From contig NC_045696.1 in assembly GCF_009834535.1 (NCBI RefSeq), positions 58,344,001-58,408,000 of the forward strand: a stretch of 64,000 bases of DNA, in the 5' to 3' direction. Made by a program: the position numbers and the translations under genes. The notes beneath the pieces are model-generated. The model ran no database searches. It saw nothing but the letters and a program-made list of their open reading frames with translations, and had not been told where the DNA came from. Shown in pieces: positions 37,581 through 49,418 of the stretch. Each line of letters starts with the position of its first letter. Positions within the stretch are counted from its first letter, which is position 1. This DNA comes from Camelus ferus (lineage: Eukaryota).

Positions 37581-39459
37581 TTCTCTGCCCTTATCTAGTA
37601 CTCCCATCCATAACTCAGGGATGAAGACATGTCCCAAGCTGGATCAATTGGAGTCTACTCAAAGAATTTTTTTTAAATTGGAATTTGTAGAGAAGGGCCA
37701 ACCTTCTCAGGTGGCAAGATTTATCAGGGGTCATTAGTGTCCTTTAACATGTGGGAGGAGCAGGCCTACCTTAAGGAAAGGACGCACACAGGCAGAGATG
37801 GGAAATGGAGAGAGAAAAGACGTGCAGTCCCTGTTCCCTTCTGTTCAGGAGGCCGATCCCCAGCCTGCCCTTCCCAAAGCTTGTTTAGCAGAGCCTGTAA
37901 TTACGCTTTTGCCTAAGCTGGTTATGTTAGGTGTTCATCATTTGAAGGCAGAAGATTCCTGACCAGCACACCTGCAAACTGGAGCCCAGGACTGAAAGAC
38001 TCCATTCCCACTGGGAAGCGGTCTCTTGAGCAGTGGGGATAAAAAGAAACTTTAGCTCCTGTGAGGCAGCAATCTTCTGCAAGGAGCTGAGTACCAGAGA
38101 GAGCTGGGGTCTGCAGGGGAGATGGAGGAGCAGATGCTGAGAAATGCAGAAGGGGGATAGAGAGCACTGTGGAGTCCCAAGAATTTTCTGGTTCTGAGGC
38201 TTGGATGCATTCCTGTCCATGGATTCTGTGAGCTCTCTGTGTAGCCATGTAATCAACTCCCATTTTCAGTTTTAACTGGCACATGTTGGTTTCAGTAAGT
38301 TATATGCAGAGAATCATAAATAATTCACATGCAGTTGGGACTCAGTACTGTTGAATATAATCAAAGGTTTCTAAGCAAAGTGATAAATAGGATAAGGACT
38401 ATTCCTTAGGAATCTTGCTCTGGGGGCTGCCTGTCAGAGAGACAACTTCTAGAGAATATGGATGGGAATCGGGATAGTAACAGAGAGGGATGCGCAGAGG
38501 CCAGTATGAGAGGTGAGTGGAGCCTGAGTGACCAGAAAGAAGTAGGGGATACCAAGGGGAAGGACGTGCTGGGACTCAGCACCTGAGGAGGTGTGGGAGT
38601 AAAGGAGAAGGATGTGTCAAAGAGGACTGGCAATTTAAGCCTGGTTTCCAGAAGGAAGGATGTTACCATTAATAGAAGGCAGGAAGTCAGGAGAGAAGAT
38701 GAGTGGCTTTCACGTGGATGTTGAGCTGGGGTACCAGTGACAGAGCTAATTAGAGTAACTGAACAGAAAGAAGTATGTCCCCAAGTTCAGGAGACAAGCC
38801 AGCTATAGAAGCAGAGGTGGGGTTGGGGGGTGGGGTGTCACCCTCAGCTGAGAGCTGGGGTCGCCAGAGAGGCAAAGGCAGCTGAAGGAAAGCACAGAGG
38901 AAGAAAAGGCAGCAGGCACCTAACTCAGGAAGTGAGAGAATGAAAAACAGGGAAGGAGCAGTCAGGAGGTAGGGTAGAAACACAGCATGGGTGACACAGA
39001 GGAAACTGAGGATGGAGACAGTTTCCAGAAAGAAGGGAGAGATGATGGAAAACCCCTAAGGGAGCAGGGAGTGGATGCTAACAGGAGAAGGCAGCCGGCA
39101 AGGCTTCGAGGGGAGGCGGGCTGGAAGTAACTTAGTGCTGCCTAGTCTGCAGCTGAGTTTGCTTCTAAGGGAGTGGGGAGGCTGACTTAAAGCTAGGAAG
39201 ATGTCTGGACAGCCTGCTTGAGTGAAGAAGGTAAAGGCTCCAGGACATCACCTGGATAGGCTGGTAAGATCATGAGAAACCCGGGCCTGAAACACCCTGC
39301 CTGATAAAGGGGGAGGGTGAGAGGCTGGCTGTGGATTGGGGATCGAGGGAGGAGATGTGAAGTGGTATCAGTCATGGCTCTTGGTTGTAAACAACAGAAA
39401 TCAGCTAAACTATGCAGAAAACAAATACTGGAAGGCTTTTGGTGGCTCACAGAATTCAT

Positions 39460-40007
39460 GCTGCCTAAAAATTATCCCCAAAGTTAGAAGCTAAAAACAA
39501 TGCACATTTATTATCTCCTAGTTTCTGTGGGTCAGGCATTTGGGAGCAGCTTAGAGGGGTTGTTCTGGTTTGGGGTCTCACTAGGTTGTAATCAAGATGT
39601 CAGGTGGAGCTTCTGTCATCTGAAGTTTGACTGGAGCTGGAGCAGCTTCTTCCAAGATGGCTCACTTGCTGGATGTTGGCAGGAAATCTCAGTATTTCAT
39701 TGGCTCTTGGTAGGAGGCTCTTTTCCCTTGCATATGGGTTTTGAGACTGACTGAATGTCCTTATGGCGCTGGAGGTGGCCTCCCCCAGAGTGAGGAATCC
39801 AAGCGAGGGTGTAAGGAGGAAGCTACAATGCCTTCTATGACCTGGACTTGCAAATCATGCATTGTCACTTCCACCATATTCTATTCATGAGAAGAGAGTC
39901 ACTACATCTAGCCCACCCTCAGCGTGAGGGGAATTAAGCCCCACTCTTGAAGAGACAAGTTATCAAAAAAATTTGTGGACATATATTCTAAAATAAAAAC
40001 CATCACA
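39460..40007 (-). mobile_element. MaLR LTR (MLT1F/G/H-like)
   Basis: atttattatctcctagtttctgtgggtcaggcatttgggagcagcttag...ttccaagatggctcact...aaaaccatcaca. Confidence 0.8.
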
Positions 40008-40302
40008 GGACAGTTGGAGGATTAGACTTGAGAAACAGGCTGCGAGCTGGATATCCAGTGTCCTAGCCAAGATCACACCAAGGAACGACTGGCCAGGGAT
40101 GGACACTGTAGGGCCAGCTGCCCAAGCATGGATCCTCCTCCTATAGACATTTCTTTCTTTTATGTAGCACTTGCTCCAAAGACAAAATCACTGGTCTAAG
40201 CAGCTGATTGGCAGGTTTGAATCATAGTCCCCATATCCTGACTGCGATGTGGCCTTTGGGGCTTTTGGAGTAGGAAGGAGGAGCTTGACTGCCACCGAGA
40301 CT

Positions 40303-41026
40303 TATGAAGTGGCAGATCCCTCAAATACACACCCCGTAAGAGCAACGCCCATCACAGAAGGACTCTCATCTGATTCTCTACTGTGAGTCCATTCATTCAG
40401 TTCCGACCAACTCCCGGAATTAGCGGAAACTCCATCGGTTAAGGGCTCAGTCCTATAAAACTGCCCCCACTTCAGATGCCAGCCAGAAATGGAGTCCCCA
40501 GGAGACCTATACTTCTGCATGGCTGACTACAAATATGGGGGTTCCCACAATCACCCTCAGGTTTGATAATTCACCAGAATGATTCACAGAATGCAGGGAA
40601 ACACTGTACTTACGTTCACTGGCTTATCATAAAGGATTCCACTCTGGAGCAGCCAAATGGGCAAGGTATTTGCTGGTAGGGCACAGGGCTTCCACGCCCT
40701 TTCTACGTGCACCATCCTTCCAGCTCATCAATGTGTTTACCAACTTGCAAGCTCCCTGAATCTTATTGTTCAAGAATTTTTATATCCCATTCTCCAGCTC
40801 TCTACCCCTCCCTGGAGGTTGGGGTTGGGGGCTGTAAATTCCTGTCCTCTAATCAGGTGTTTGGCCTTTCTGGTGACAGGTCCCATCCAGGAACTTTCTA
40901 GGGGCCCCACCCTGAGTTATCCATTAGCATAGTCCAAGAGGCTCTTCATGAATAACAAAAGACACTCCTGTCACCACCTAGGAAATTCCAAGAGTTTCAG
41001 GAGCTCTGTGCCAGAACCCAGAGACA
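40303..41026 (-). mobile_element. MER21-like LTR, truncated where the adjacent LTR cluster begins
   Basis: ttaagggctcagtcctataaaactgcccccacttcagatgcca...ggaaattccaagagtttcaggagctctgtgccagaa. Confidence 0.8.
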
Positions 41027-41318
41027 GGTGATGCAACAGCATGGTGGGGCAGGGGGCCAGACAGGGGGTCTGAGGAGAAGCCTTAGCCAGTGAGAAGTTC
41101 CTAGGGATGGAGTGCTGCAGTCTTTTATTATTTATCCCATTTAGATCACTTGCCATTTGTGATGTTGCCTGGTAGTTGCTTGATACTGTAACTCTCCTCT
41201 GTAATCAAATCCTTCAGTAAAACTCTGCTGTATCCTCGTGTCTGTGCTTGCCTTGGAGAACCTAAGGCAAGGGGGCTGCATCACGTTTGCATCAGCACAG
41301 GGTGGAGAAGAACCAAGG

Positions 41319-42233
41319 TGAAAGTGAGCAGGACCCTGTGGGCAATGCCCTGGCGCAACGCCAGCCTCTTGTTTATAGAAAAGCTGAAGTCTCCCAGGCC
41401 TCCCTGAGTCACAGAAGAGCAGGCCCAAGCATTTGATTAGGACAAGCCTGCAGGCATTGGGGGTGGCAAGGGACTCTGACCACCTATCTCAACAATTAAC
41501 TGAGATTACTCCCCCATTTCCCTTTAGAACTTTCAAAGCTGAACAGAATCTTTGAAGATGGTGTTTTAGGGGGGGATGCTGGGTCCACCAGATTGTAGTC
41601 ATTCTGGTGAAAAGTAACTTTCCATCTTGTTACCAAGGCTGTTGCCCCGGGATTGTACTGCTGCCCCTCCCTCGACTAGAATCCTATTACTCTTATCTAA
41701 GTCTCAAGAGGCAGCTGCAGAGAAGAAATAAGAACTGGTTAGAACCTGACGGAGTCCTGGATAGTGGAGGATTTGACTTCCAGTGGACCTTGAGCATCAT
41801 TCATTGTAATGTATTAGCATGCTAGTGGCACGCCCACCAGCACCAGAACAGTTGCAGATAGCCCTGACAACAACTGGAAAAAGCCCATACAAGGACTGAA
41901 AAGCTCCAACAAGGACTGATTGGCTCCATCATATGCAGAAGGAGTATGTAACGGCAGAAACCTCCCATAAAAGTCCAGGTGGCCCAACCCAGCCAGAGCT
42001 GTCTCTACTGCCCATCTTGGCTGATGGCTCCCTGCTGGAGAGCCTTTTCCTTGCTCAAGCACTGTTCTTCCCTTCTCCCTGCTCGAGCACTTCCTTTCAT
42101 TTCCCCTTCTGAGCAATAAAGAGGCTGTTCACTTCGTCCCCCTGCCTCTACTGTGCAAATTCTTTCACAGCCGGCAGCAAGAACCCACACTTTAGTGGGC
42201 TTCTTAATTTAGGGGTCCCTCCATCTGCTACCA
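41319..42233 (+). mobile_element. ERV1-type LTR(s)
   Basis: Starts TGAAAGTGAGCAGGACCCTGTGG; TATA-like cataaaa at ~41966; AATAAA at 42115; U5-like caaattctttcacagcc. The 3' boundary is uncertain and this may be two LTRs. Confidence 0.6.
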
Positions 42234-43749
42234 CCAGAGAGATTCAAATGCCTCAGTGGAAACTGGATACTGGAGCTCTCATCCTGGAATCACTTCCAGA
42301 ACCCTATCTTGGATTGTCCCTGGGACTCTCCAGAGGTATTCGATGGGGGAAGGTGTCAGGTTTCCCATCATATGTGGGATGAGGTTTTGAGTCATTTTTA
42401 GTGTAACTATCAACAGAAGGGTGACCCCACAAGGTAGAGGATGTGAGGACATCCTGGCTTTTGACACTTGGCTTTAAATATAAGCATAAAGTCTTTAGTA
42501 AGGTGGATATTGTTATTAAGGGAGAAAACGGTATCATCTAAGGTCAGCTCTGGGTTTAGTTTTAGCAAGCCAAAGATTTTTTTAATGAACTAGGGCCTGG
42601 GGCCCTGTAGGTGAAACCAGTTAGAGAGCTAAGTTCTGAGAAAAAAAGGAGAAACTGAAAAACATATGGAGATATCAGGGATATGGCCCTCTAGGAGACC
42701 TTCTGACCAGGACAAAGTCTGCTATGGTCTCACTCGGGTCCAGGCCAGAGGGGCATGGCTGGGTAGAGTGCTGGGGGTTTAGAGGGAACCCAGGCACATG
42801 GGGAAGATGATTTTTCTAAGTGAAGGCCGAGGAGTCAGCTTGAGGGGCCTCAGTTTTAAGCTGCCTGCTAACCAGAACCCAGACAAGCAGGTGGAGCTGG
42901 AGTGAGACATTTAGAAGAGTTAAGGGTCAATGCCGGGGAGGACAAGCAGGAAGTGCTCTTACTGACTTGAGGACTGGGCTTTTTAACATGATGTTTTCTT
43001 AATGAAATATTAGAGGGAGGCCCTGCAATGAGTCTATGATGAATGTTCAGGCAATGTCCAATAATGAGTCACTAATTACTATTCCGTAACAAAGCATACA
43101 CTTTCCAGGCCTGCCACAGAAACAAGAGGCTGACAGAGACACCCTGAAGCTGTCTATTCTGTACCCCCGGTTTTTGAAGGCCATACTTTAACCCAGGTCT
43201 GTAAGGATTTTTTTTTTTTTTTTTGGTCTTAAAATGACTTGCTCAGCCTGTTCTGCTGTTTGTCCGTGTTAATTTTGAGAAGGTTTCCTTTCTGCTTAGT
43301 CAGGCCCTCTTGCTGAAGTTCATTTTAAACATTTCAGGAGCTCCTACTGTGTGCTGGGCACCGGCCTGACCACTAGGGGACACAAAGATAAACAAGGTAA
43401 ACTGGATGGAGTCGTTGTCCTCAAGTGTTCACATCTAATGTGTGTGTGTCTTGGGGTGTGGGGATTAGGGTGGTTGAGGAATTGGACACTGGAGGAAATT
43501 ATAATACATTGTGAACAGGGCCGTCAAAGAAGAGAGAAATATTTACTGGATACAAATGCTAGCTAGATATTTTGCACATATAATCTCATTTAATCCTTGA
43601 TATAGCCCTGTGAGGCTAATGCTATTGCTATTCCCATTTTGCAGAATGGGGATCTGAAGTCATGTGACTCCTCTAAGGTTATGCAGCTAGTGAGTGGCAG
43701 AGACAGTACTCAAACCCCTGCCTTTCTAAGGTCACAGCTCATGTTCTTG

Positions 43750-44745
43750 TTTTTTTTTGTGGTGAAATATACACAACATAAAATTTACCATTTTAACTAT
43801 CTTTCTTTAAATGGAGAGTCTTTTTTTTTAAGGTCATTTTTTATTTTAATTTTTCATTTTAAGATTATGGTAAAATGTACATAACATAAAATTTGCCATT
43901 TTAACTGTTTTTAAGTGGACAGTTTATAAAGCATGATTGAGAAGTACCTTATTTTCTGTTGTGATTGGTTACCAGAAACTTAACATTCCTTTACTGCATA
44001 AGCTTGCTTGTTTGTAGGGTGAGGCAGCTGTAAGATCATACTGATATGAAGAAAGCTTAAACTTTGTTTAAGGTCAGAGTCAGCATTTTGGGAAAGTCAG
44101 AACACTCTTAAGTTTTGGTTATGTGACTATGAGTGTTGGGTCTCTGGGTGTATTCAAACTGTGGCCTCTGTTTTGCTTTTTCTTTCATGCCTCTTCTTGG
44201 ATATATGATTTACAAATATTTTCTCCCATTCTGTGGGTTGCCTTTTCACTCTGTTAATTGTATCCTTTGATGTACAGAAGTTTTAAATTTTGATGTAGCC
44301 CAATTTATCTATTTTTACTTTTGTTGCCAGTGCTTTTGGTTTCATATCCAAGAAATCACTGCTGAATCCATTGTCATGAAACTTTTCCCCTGTGTTTCCT
44401 TCTTAGAGTTTTATAGTTTTAGCTTTTACATTTAGGTCTTTGACCCCTTTGAGTTAATCTTTGTATGTGCTGTGAAGTAAGAATCCAACTTCATTCTTTT
44501 GTGTATGGACATCCAGTTTTCCCAACATCATTTGTTGAAAAGATTATCCTGCATTTTTAAACATTTTAAAGTATACATTTAACGGTATTGAGTACATTCA
44601 CATCATAGAGCAACCATCACCACGATCCAACTCCAGAACGCCTTCATCTTCCTACTGAAATTCTGCACGCATTAAATATTAACTCCTCATTCCCCTTTCC
44701 CCTGAGCCCCTGGAAACCACTGTTCTACTTTATCTCTATGAGTTT
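43750..44745 (-). mobile_element. Nested L1MB-type fragments with an internal LTR fragment (~43925-44187)
   Basis: Two L1 3' termini (acataaaatttaccattttaac / acataaaatttgccattttaac); ORF2 3' region at 44195-44550; the first 3' UTR resumes at ~44552. Confidence 0.75.
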
Positions 44746-46444
44746 GTCACAGTCCATGCTCTTAAGGACCACATCCCACCTGGGAAATTATGGGAGCACA
44801 GAGAAGGGACACCTAGGCCCAGACTGCTGGACTGTTGGTGGGAGTGTGATAAGGGTCAGAAGAGGCTTTTGGAGGAGGAATATCCAAGCTGGGTGTGTAT
44901 GGGCCAAGCCGGGGAGTGTGGGTGGGGTGGCATGCCAGCAGACTTGATGAGCAGAGGCTAAGGCTGTGAGCAGCAAGGGGTGTTTTGGTGGGACTCACTG
45001 CTCACCTGGGTGTAGGGATTACTAATGATTCCCCAGCTATCTCTTCTTTGGAATTCCCTCTCCTTCCAACTTAAGTATTTGGAGCTGAAAATTCTTTCCC
45101 GCCATCTCATTCCTCCTCTTTAAAAAAAAAATTGTGAACTTCTTAATGAAGTAGAACATATGTACAGCATGATCCATGAATGTGTGTGAAGTTTTACAAA
45201 GTGAACATATCCAGGTACCCTGTAGTCAGATGGAGTAACAGAACCCCAGCACCACAAGAGACTCCTTCCAGTGACTACTCACACTCTTCTCACTACCCTG
45301 ACTGTGACAAAATAGAGAACTTTTGCCCATTTGTAGCTGATATAAGTTAAACTATACAGAATATACTCTTTTGTGTCTCGGCTCTTTGGCTCTTCATTCC
45401 TCCTATTTTGTTCTGGCCAATTCTCATCCTTGCTTGAATGTCAGAAAACGGTCATTGTGCGAGTCCTCCTCGCAGGCGAGATGACGGTTAGGAACTGGCT
45501 ACACAAATAGAAGGCGGTGTCCCGATTCACAATGAACCGCAGGATGAGAAGTTTCTCCGGCCGGGCCCCATGGGGCTGCTGCTGGAGAATGGATGGTTCC
45601 CACTGAGGGCTGCGATGGAGGAGGGCCAGCACGTGCCCTGCACTATTCTCCTAATATTTCAAGGAGAGTGAAGCTTAGAATTGTTAAACATTCCCAGAAG
45701 GGCCACCAATCTCATTGAGGTAGTTTTAATTGCAGGATGAAATGGCCTGTTTTCTTGGCAGTTTTTACTTTTCCGTCTCAGTCCCCTGCCCTCTGGTTCT
45801 CTGGCTCACAGGCGCATGGTTTCCTTCCTTCCTTCCTCCCCGGAACTCTTTCCCCTTCTGGCAGTCACAGTTTCTGCAGAGTTCAGTCCTCCTCCCGACC
45901 CAGGAGCTTTCAGCTAGTTGTGGACTCAGGAGATACAAGAGTTATAAGGGATCTCGTAGATTAGCTGATTCACTCTACCTCTCATTTTTTTTTAACTTGA
46001 AAAAAAATAGAGACATGATTTACATGCAGTAAAGTTTACAAATCTTAACATACAGCTCAATTAATTAATTCATTTTTACATAGGTGGGTGGTCATGTAAC
46101 CATCATTTAATGACGATATAGAACATTTCTAGCACCCAGAGGTTTGCTCATATTTTTTCCCAGTTGATCTCTCCTCCTTCCCTCCTCCTACCATGGGAAT
46201 CCCTATTTTCCTTCCGTCACTTGGATTACACTGGCGTGTTCTTTAACTTCAGATACATGGAATCACACAGGATATGCTTTTTCATGCCTGGCTACTTTCA
46301 TTCAATTTCAGGGTTTTGAGAGTCATCCATGTTGTTGTGTGTAGCCGTAGTTTGTGCTTTTTTTTTTTAAATTGCAGAATAGGGCATCATTCACTTATCT
46401 ATTTTTCTTTCAAGGACGTTTGGATTTTTTCCAGTTTGGCCACT

Positions 46445-46838
46445 GTATTTGTTTGCTAGGGTTGCCATAATAAAGTACCACAGGCAGGTGGCTTAAACAA
46501 CAGAAATTTACTTTCTCAAAACTCTGGAGGCTGGAAGCCCAAGATCAAGGCATCAGCAGGGATGGTTTCTTCGGAGGACCTCTCTCCTTGGCTTGTAGCT
46601 ATCTTCTCTCTGCGTCTTCATATAGTTTTTCCTTCTTTGTGCCTGTCCCAGTGTCCCCTTTTTATAAGGATACTGGTCATATTGGATTAGGGCTCACCCT
46701 AATAATCTCATTCAACCGTAATTACTTCTTCAAGGGCTTATTTCCAAATATAGTCATATCCTAAAGTACAGGGGTTAGGACTTCAGTGTGTGAACTTGGT
46801 GGGGGGCAGGGGGAAAGCACAGTTCAGCCCCCCAAAAA
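46445..46838 (-). mobile_element. MaLR LTR (MLT1A/B-like) splitting an older L1 fragment (~45980-46965)
   Basis: tgtatttgtttgctagggttgccataataaagtaccacag...ggcttaaacaacagaaattta...ctggaggctggaag; the L1 sequence resumes with aaagctgctatcaacatt. Confidence 0.85.
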
Positions 46839-47129
46839 TACTATGAAAAAAGCTGCTATCAACATTTAGGTACATATTTTGCACATGTAGTGTTGCTCAA
46901 AGTTGTCAAACCAAATTATACTCCCATCAGCAATATATGGGAGCACAGTTGCTCTACATCCTTGCCAGCTGCTTCATTTTATAGGTGAGAAACAGAGACC
47001 CACAGAGAGGAGCTGAATGGACCATTTTCCCAAATGCAGATGGTGAGCTTGAGGATGCAGAGCAGAGCCCACAGAGGAAGTCCTGTCTCCAATCTGCCTC
47101 AGGGATTTCTGAAACTCCCAACACATCAC

Positions 47130-47940
47130 CTCATTCAATCATTCAATCATTCATCAGAAAAAACTCTGAGAACTACCTGAGGCTCAGGGCCTGTGTTAGG
47201 CTCTGAAGTTAGGTGGCCAACAAAAGAGACATGAAACTTACATTCCACTTGTAGCAATAGACAATGAACACATTAACTAAGTGAATAATTGCAGATTGTG
47301 ATAAGAGCTGGCAAGGAATCAACAGAACCTGAGCTAGAGAATAAGGGGCTTGGGGGTGGGGAGGGTAAAATTTCCTTTAGATGAGTTGCTCCATGGTCCT
47401 CTCTGAGGGGGATATATAAGGTAGCAGTCCAACCAAGGGCCAGGGAAAGTGTTAAGGCAGAGAGAATAAGAAAAGTACTAGCACTGAAGTGGGAACAGCT
47501 TTGTGGGGGGGAAATGAGCAGGAAATGGTGGTCTGTGTAACTGACGTCTAGTGGACAATGCAGGGGAGAGGCAGGAGATGAAGTCTAGAGCCCAGCTCTA
47601 GACCATGCAGGACTCACAGATCATGGCAAAGTGTTTGGATTTCATTCTAAGGGCAATGGGAAACCACTGGAGGGTTTCAGGGAGTGGCTAGCAAGATCCG
47701 ACTGACATTAACAACTGCACTGACAGGGGTACAAGGAGGCAGCAGCAGGCAGATGAATCAGGAGATTTCACCCTTGTCTGGGTGACACTTGTCAGTGACT
47801 TAGACTCAGGAGGTGGCAAAGAGATATATTTTGGAGGTAGAACTAACAGGTTGTGGTGATGGGTGGATGGGCCTATTGAGAAGTGAGGGTGAGTCAAGGA
47901 TGACTGCTAGGTTTTGATCTTTGAACCACCAGACAGTGAG
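47130..47940 (-). mobile_element. L2 LINE fragment
   Basis: tcattcaatcattcaatcattca tail followed by a purine-rich L2 body (tttggattttcattctaagggcaatgggaaaccactggaggg). Confidence 0.8.
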
Positions 47941-48204
47941 CAAAGATCTTCTAGCTATGACCTATTAACCCCAGACTGTGCACTTCCTTGTCCATCTCAC
48001 TACTATATATGAGCCTCAGGATGTATTAGGTATTGAATAAACATTCTTAAATAAATAACTGATTGCATGCATGAATGTTTTAGCACACAAAATGGGTTCA
48101 ATAAAGGTTTTTTTCTTTTTGATTTCTTTTTAGTTTTCTGAATATATTTTATTAAGGACATTTAGATTTACACAAAAATTTTCTATTGGAATTTGTTTTT
48201 GCTC

Positions 48205-48808
48205 TTTTTTATTGAGGTAAAATTCACATAACGTAAAAGTAACCATTGAACATATAAATTCAGTAGCATTGAGTACATTCACAATGTTGTGCAACCATCA
48301 CTTCTGTCTCGTTCCAAATTACTTTCACCACCCCCAAAGGAGATCCTGTACCCATTGAACAGTCACTCCCCATTCCCTCATCCCCACAGCCCCAGGGGAC
48401 CACTAATCTGCTTTATGTTGCTATGGATTTGCCTATTTCTGGGTGGTTCGTATAAATGTAATCATACAATATGTGATCTTTGGTGTCTGGCTTCTTTCTT
48501 AGCTTAATATTTTTGAGGTTCATCCACGTTGTAGCATGTCTCAGTAGCTCATTCATTTTTATGGCTGAATAATATTCCACCGTAATGAATATATCACATT
48601 TTGTTTGCCTGCTCATCCCTCAGTGAACACTTGGGTTGTTTCTACCTCTTGGCTACTGTTAGTAGTGCTGCTATGAACATTTGTGTACAAGTATTTGTTT
48701 GAGTATCTGTTTTCAGCTCTTTTGGGTACATGCCCAGGAGTGGCATTGTTGGATTATACGGTAATCTATGTTCAACTTTTTAAGGAATTGTCAAACTGTT
48801 CTCCAACA
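48205..48808 (-). mobile_element. L1MB-type LINE-1 3' end
   Basis: tttttattgaggtaaaattcacataac...gttgtgcaaccatca...catccacgttgtagcatg...tatggctgaataatattcc. Confidence 0.9.
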
Positions 48809-49177
48809 GCTCAATAAAGTTCTGCTGCATGAAAAAAAGGAACAGTATGTGGGAGCTGGGGCGGCAGAGACAGGGCTTTTCCTGTCCTCCACAAACAGCC
48901 CTGGATTTGCAGGCTGTGTGATCTGGGTCAAATTACTTAAGTTCTCTGAGCCGCCTCCTCATCTTCAAAGTGGGGAAAATAAAACTTACCTCGGTAAGCT
49001 GAAGGAGATCTTGTTTCTAAAGTTCAAGGCACAGAATTAGCGTCCCTCGCCTCCCCGAATTAATTGCCTTCCCTTACTCCCCGACATTGACCACATCGCA
49101 CTTCACTCAGGCTTCCCTGTGGCCTGGGGGCCAAGTCCACACCAGCGGCCCCCATCCCTCAGCTCAGCCTTGCTGCA

Positions 49178-49199
49178 AACTACAACTCCCAGCATGCAC
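49178..49199 (+). promoter_or_regulatory. ZNF143/THAP11 ACTACA-SBS composite motif
   Basis: AACTACAACTCCCAGCATGCAC matches the ACTACAnnTCCCAnnATGCA consensus. Confidence 0.8.
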
Positions 49200-49227
49200 T
49201 TCTGCCCGGCGGCCTCTCCCAGCGTGA

Positions 49228-49236
49228 TGCGCATGC
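49228..49236. promoter_or_regulatory. NRF1-like motif
   Basis: TGCGCATGC, a partial match to TGCGCATGCGCA. Confidence 0.45.
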
Positions 49237-49242
49237 TTTGGC

Positions 49243-49252
49243 AGACGTGGCA
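49243..49252 (+). promoter_or_regulatory. UPRE-like XBP1s/ATF6/CREB3L element
   Basis: AGACGTGGCA contains the GACGTGGC core just upstream of the TSS of an ER-resident PDI gene. Confidence 0.6.
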
Positions 49253-49259
49253 CGGGGAA

Positions 49260-49370
49260 CTCGGAGGCGGGGAGCGGTTGGGAAGTGGTCGTGGCGGCAG
49301 CACCCGGCGGAGCTGTGCGCTCGGCAGCCCAAGTGGGGACCACAGCCGGCCGTTGGCAGCCGTGGCGGTG
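49260..49370 (+). other. PDIA5: PDIA5 5' UTR (TSS approximate)
   Basis: ctcggaggcggggagcggttgggaagtgg resembles the recalled 5' end of human PDIA5 mRNA; no upstream ATG in this stretch. Confidence 0.65.
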
Positions 49371-49418
49371 ATGGCGCGGTTCGGGCCGGCGTGGCTGCTG
49401 CTGCTGCTGGCGGTCTGG
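49371..49418 (+). CDS. PDIA5: PDIA5 (protein disulfide-isomerase A5) coding part of exon 1, signal-peptide N-terminus MARFGPAWLLLLLAVW
   Basis: Strong Kozak gcggtgATGg; 16 codons then a phase-0 donor TGG|GTGAGG at 49419. Matches human PDIA5 N-terminus MARAGPAWLLLAIW|V as recalled; lies in a CpG island; synteny with SEMA5B. Confidence 0.92.
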
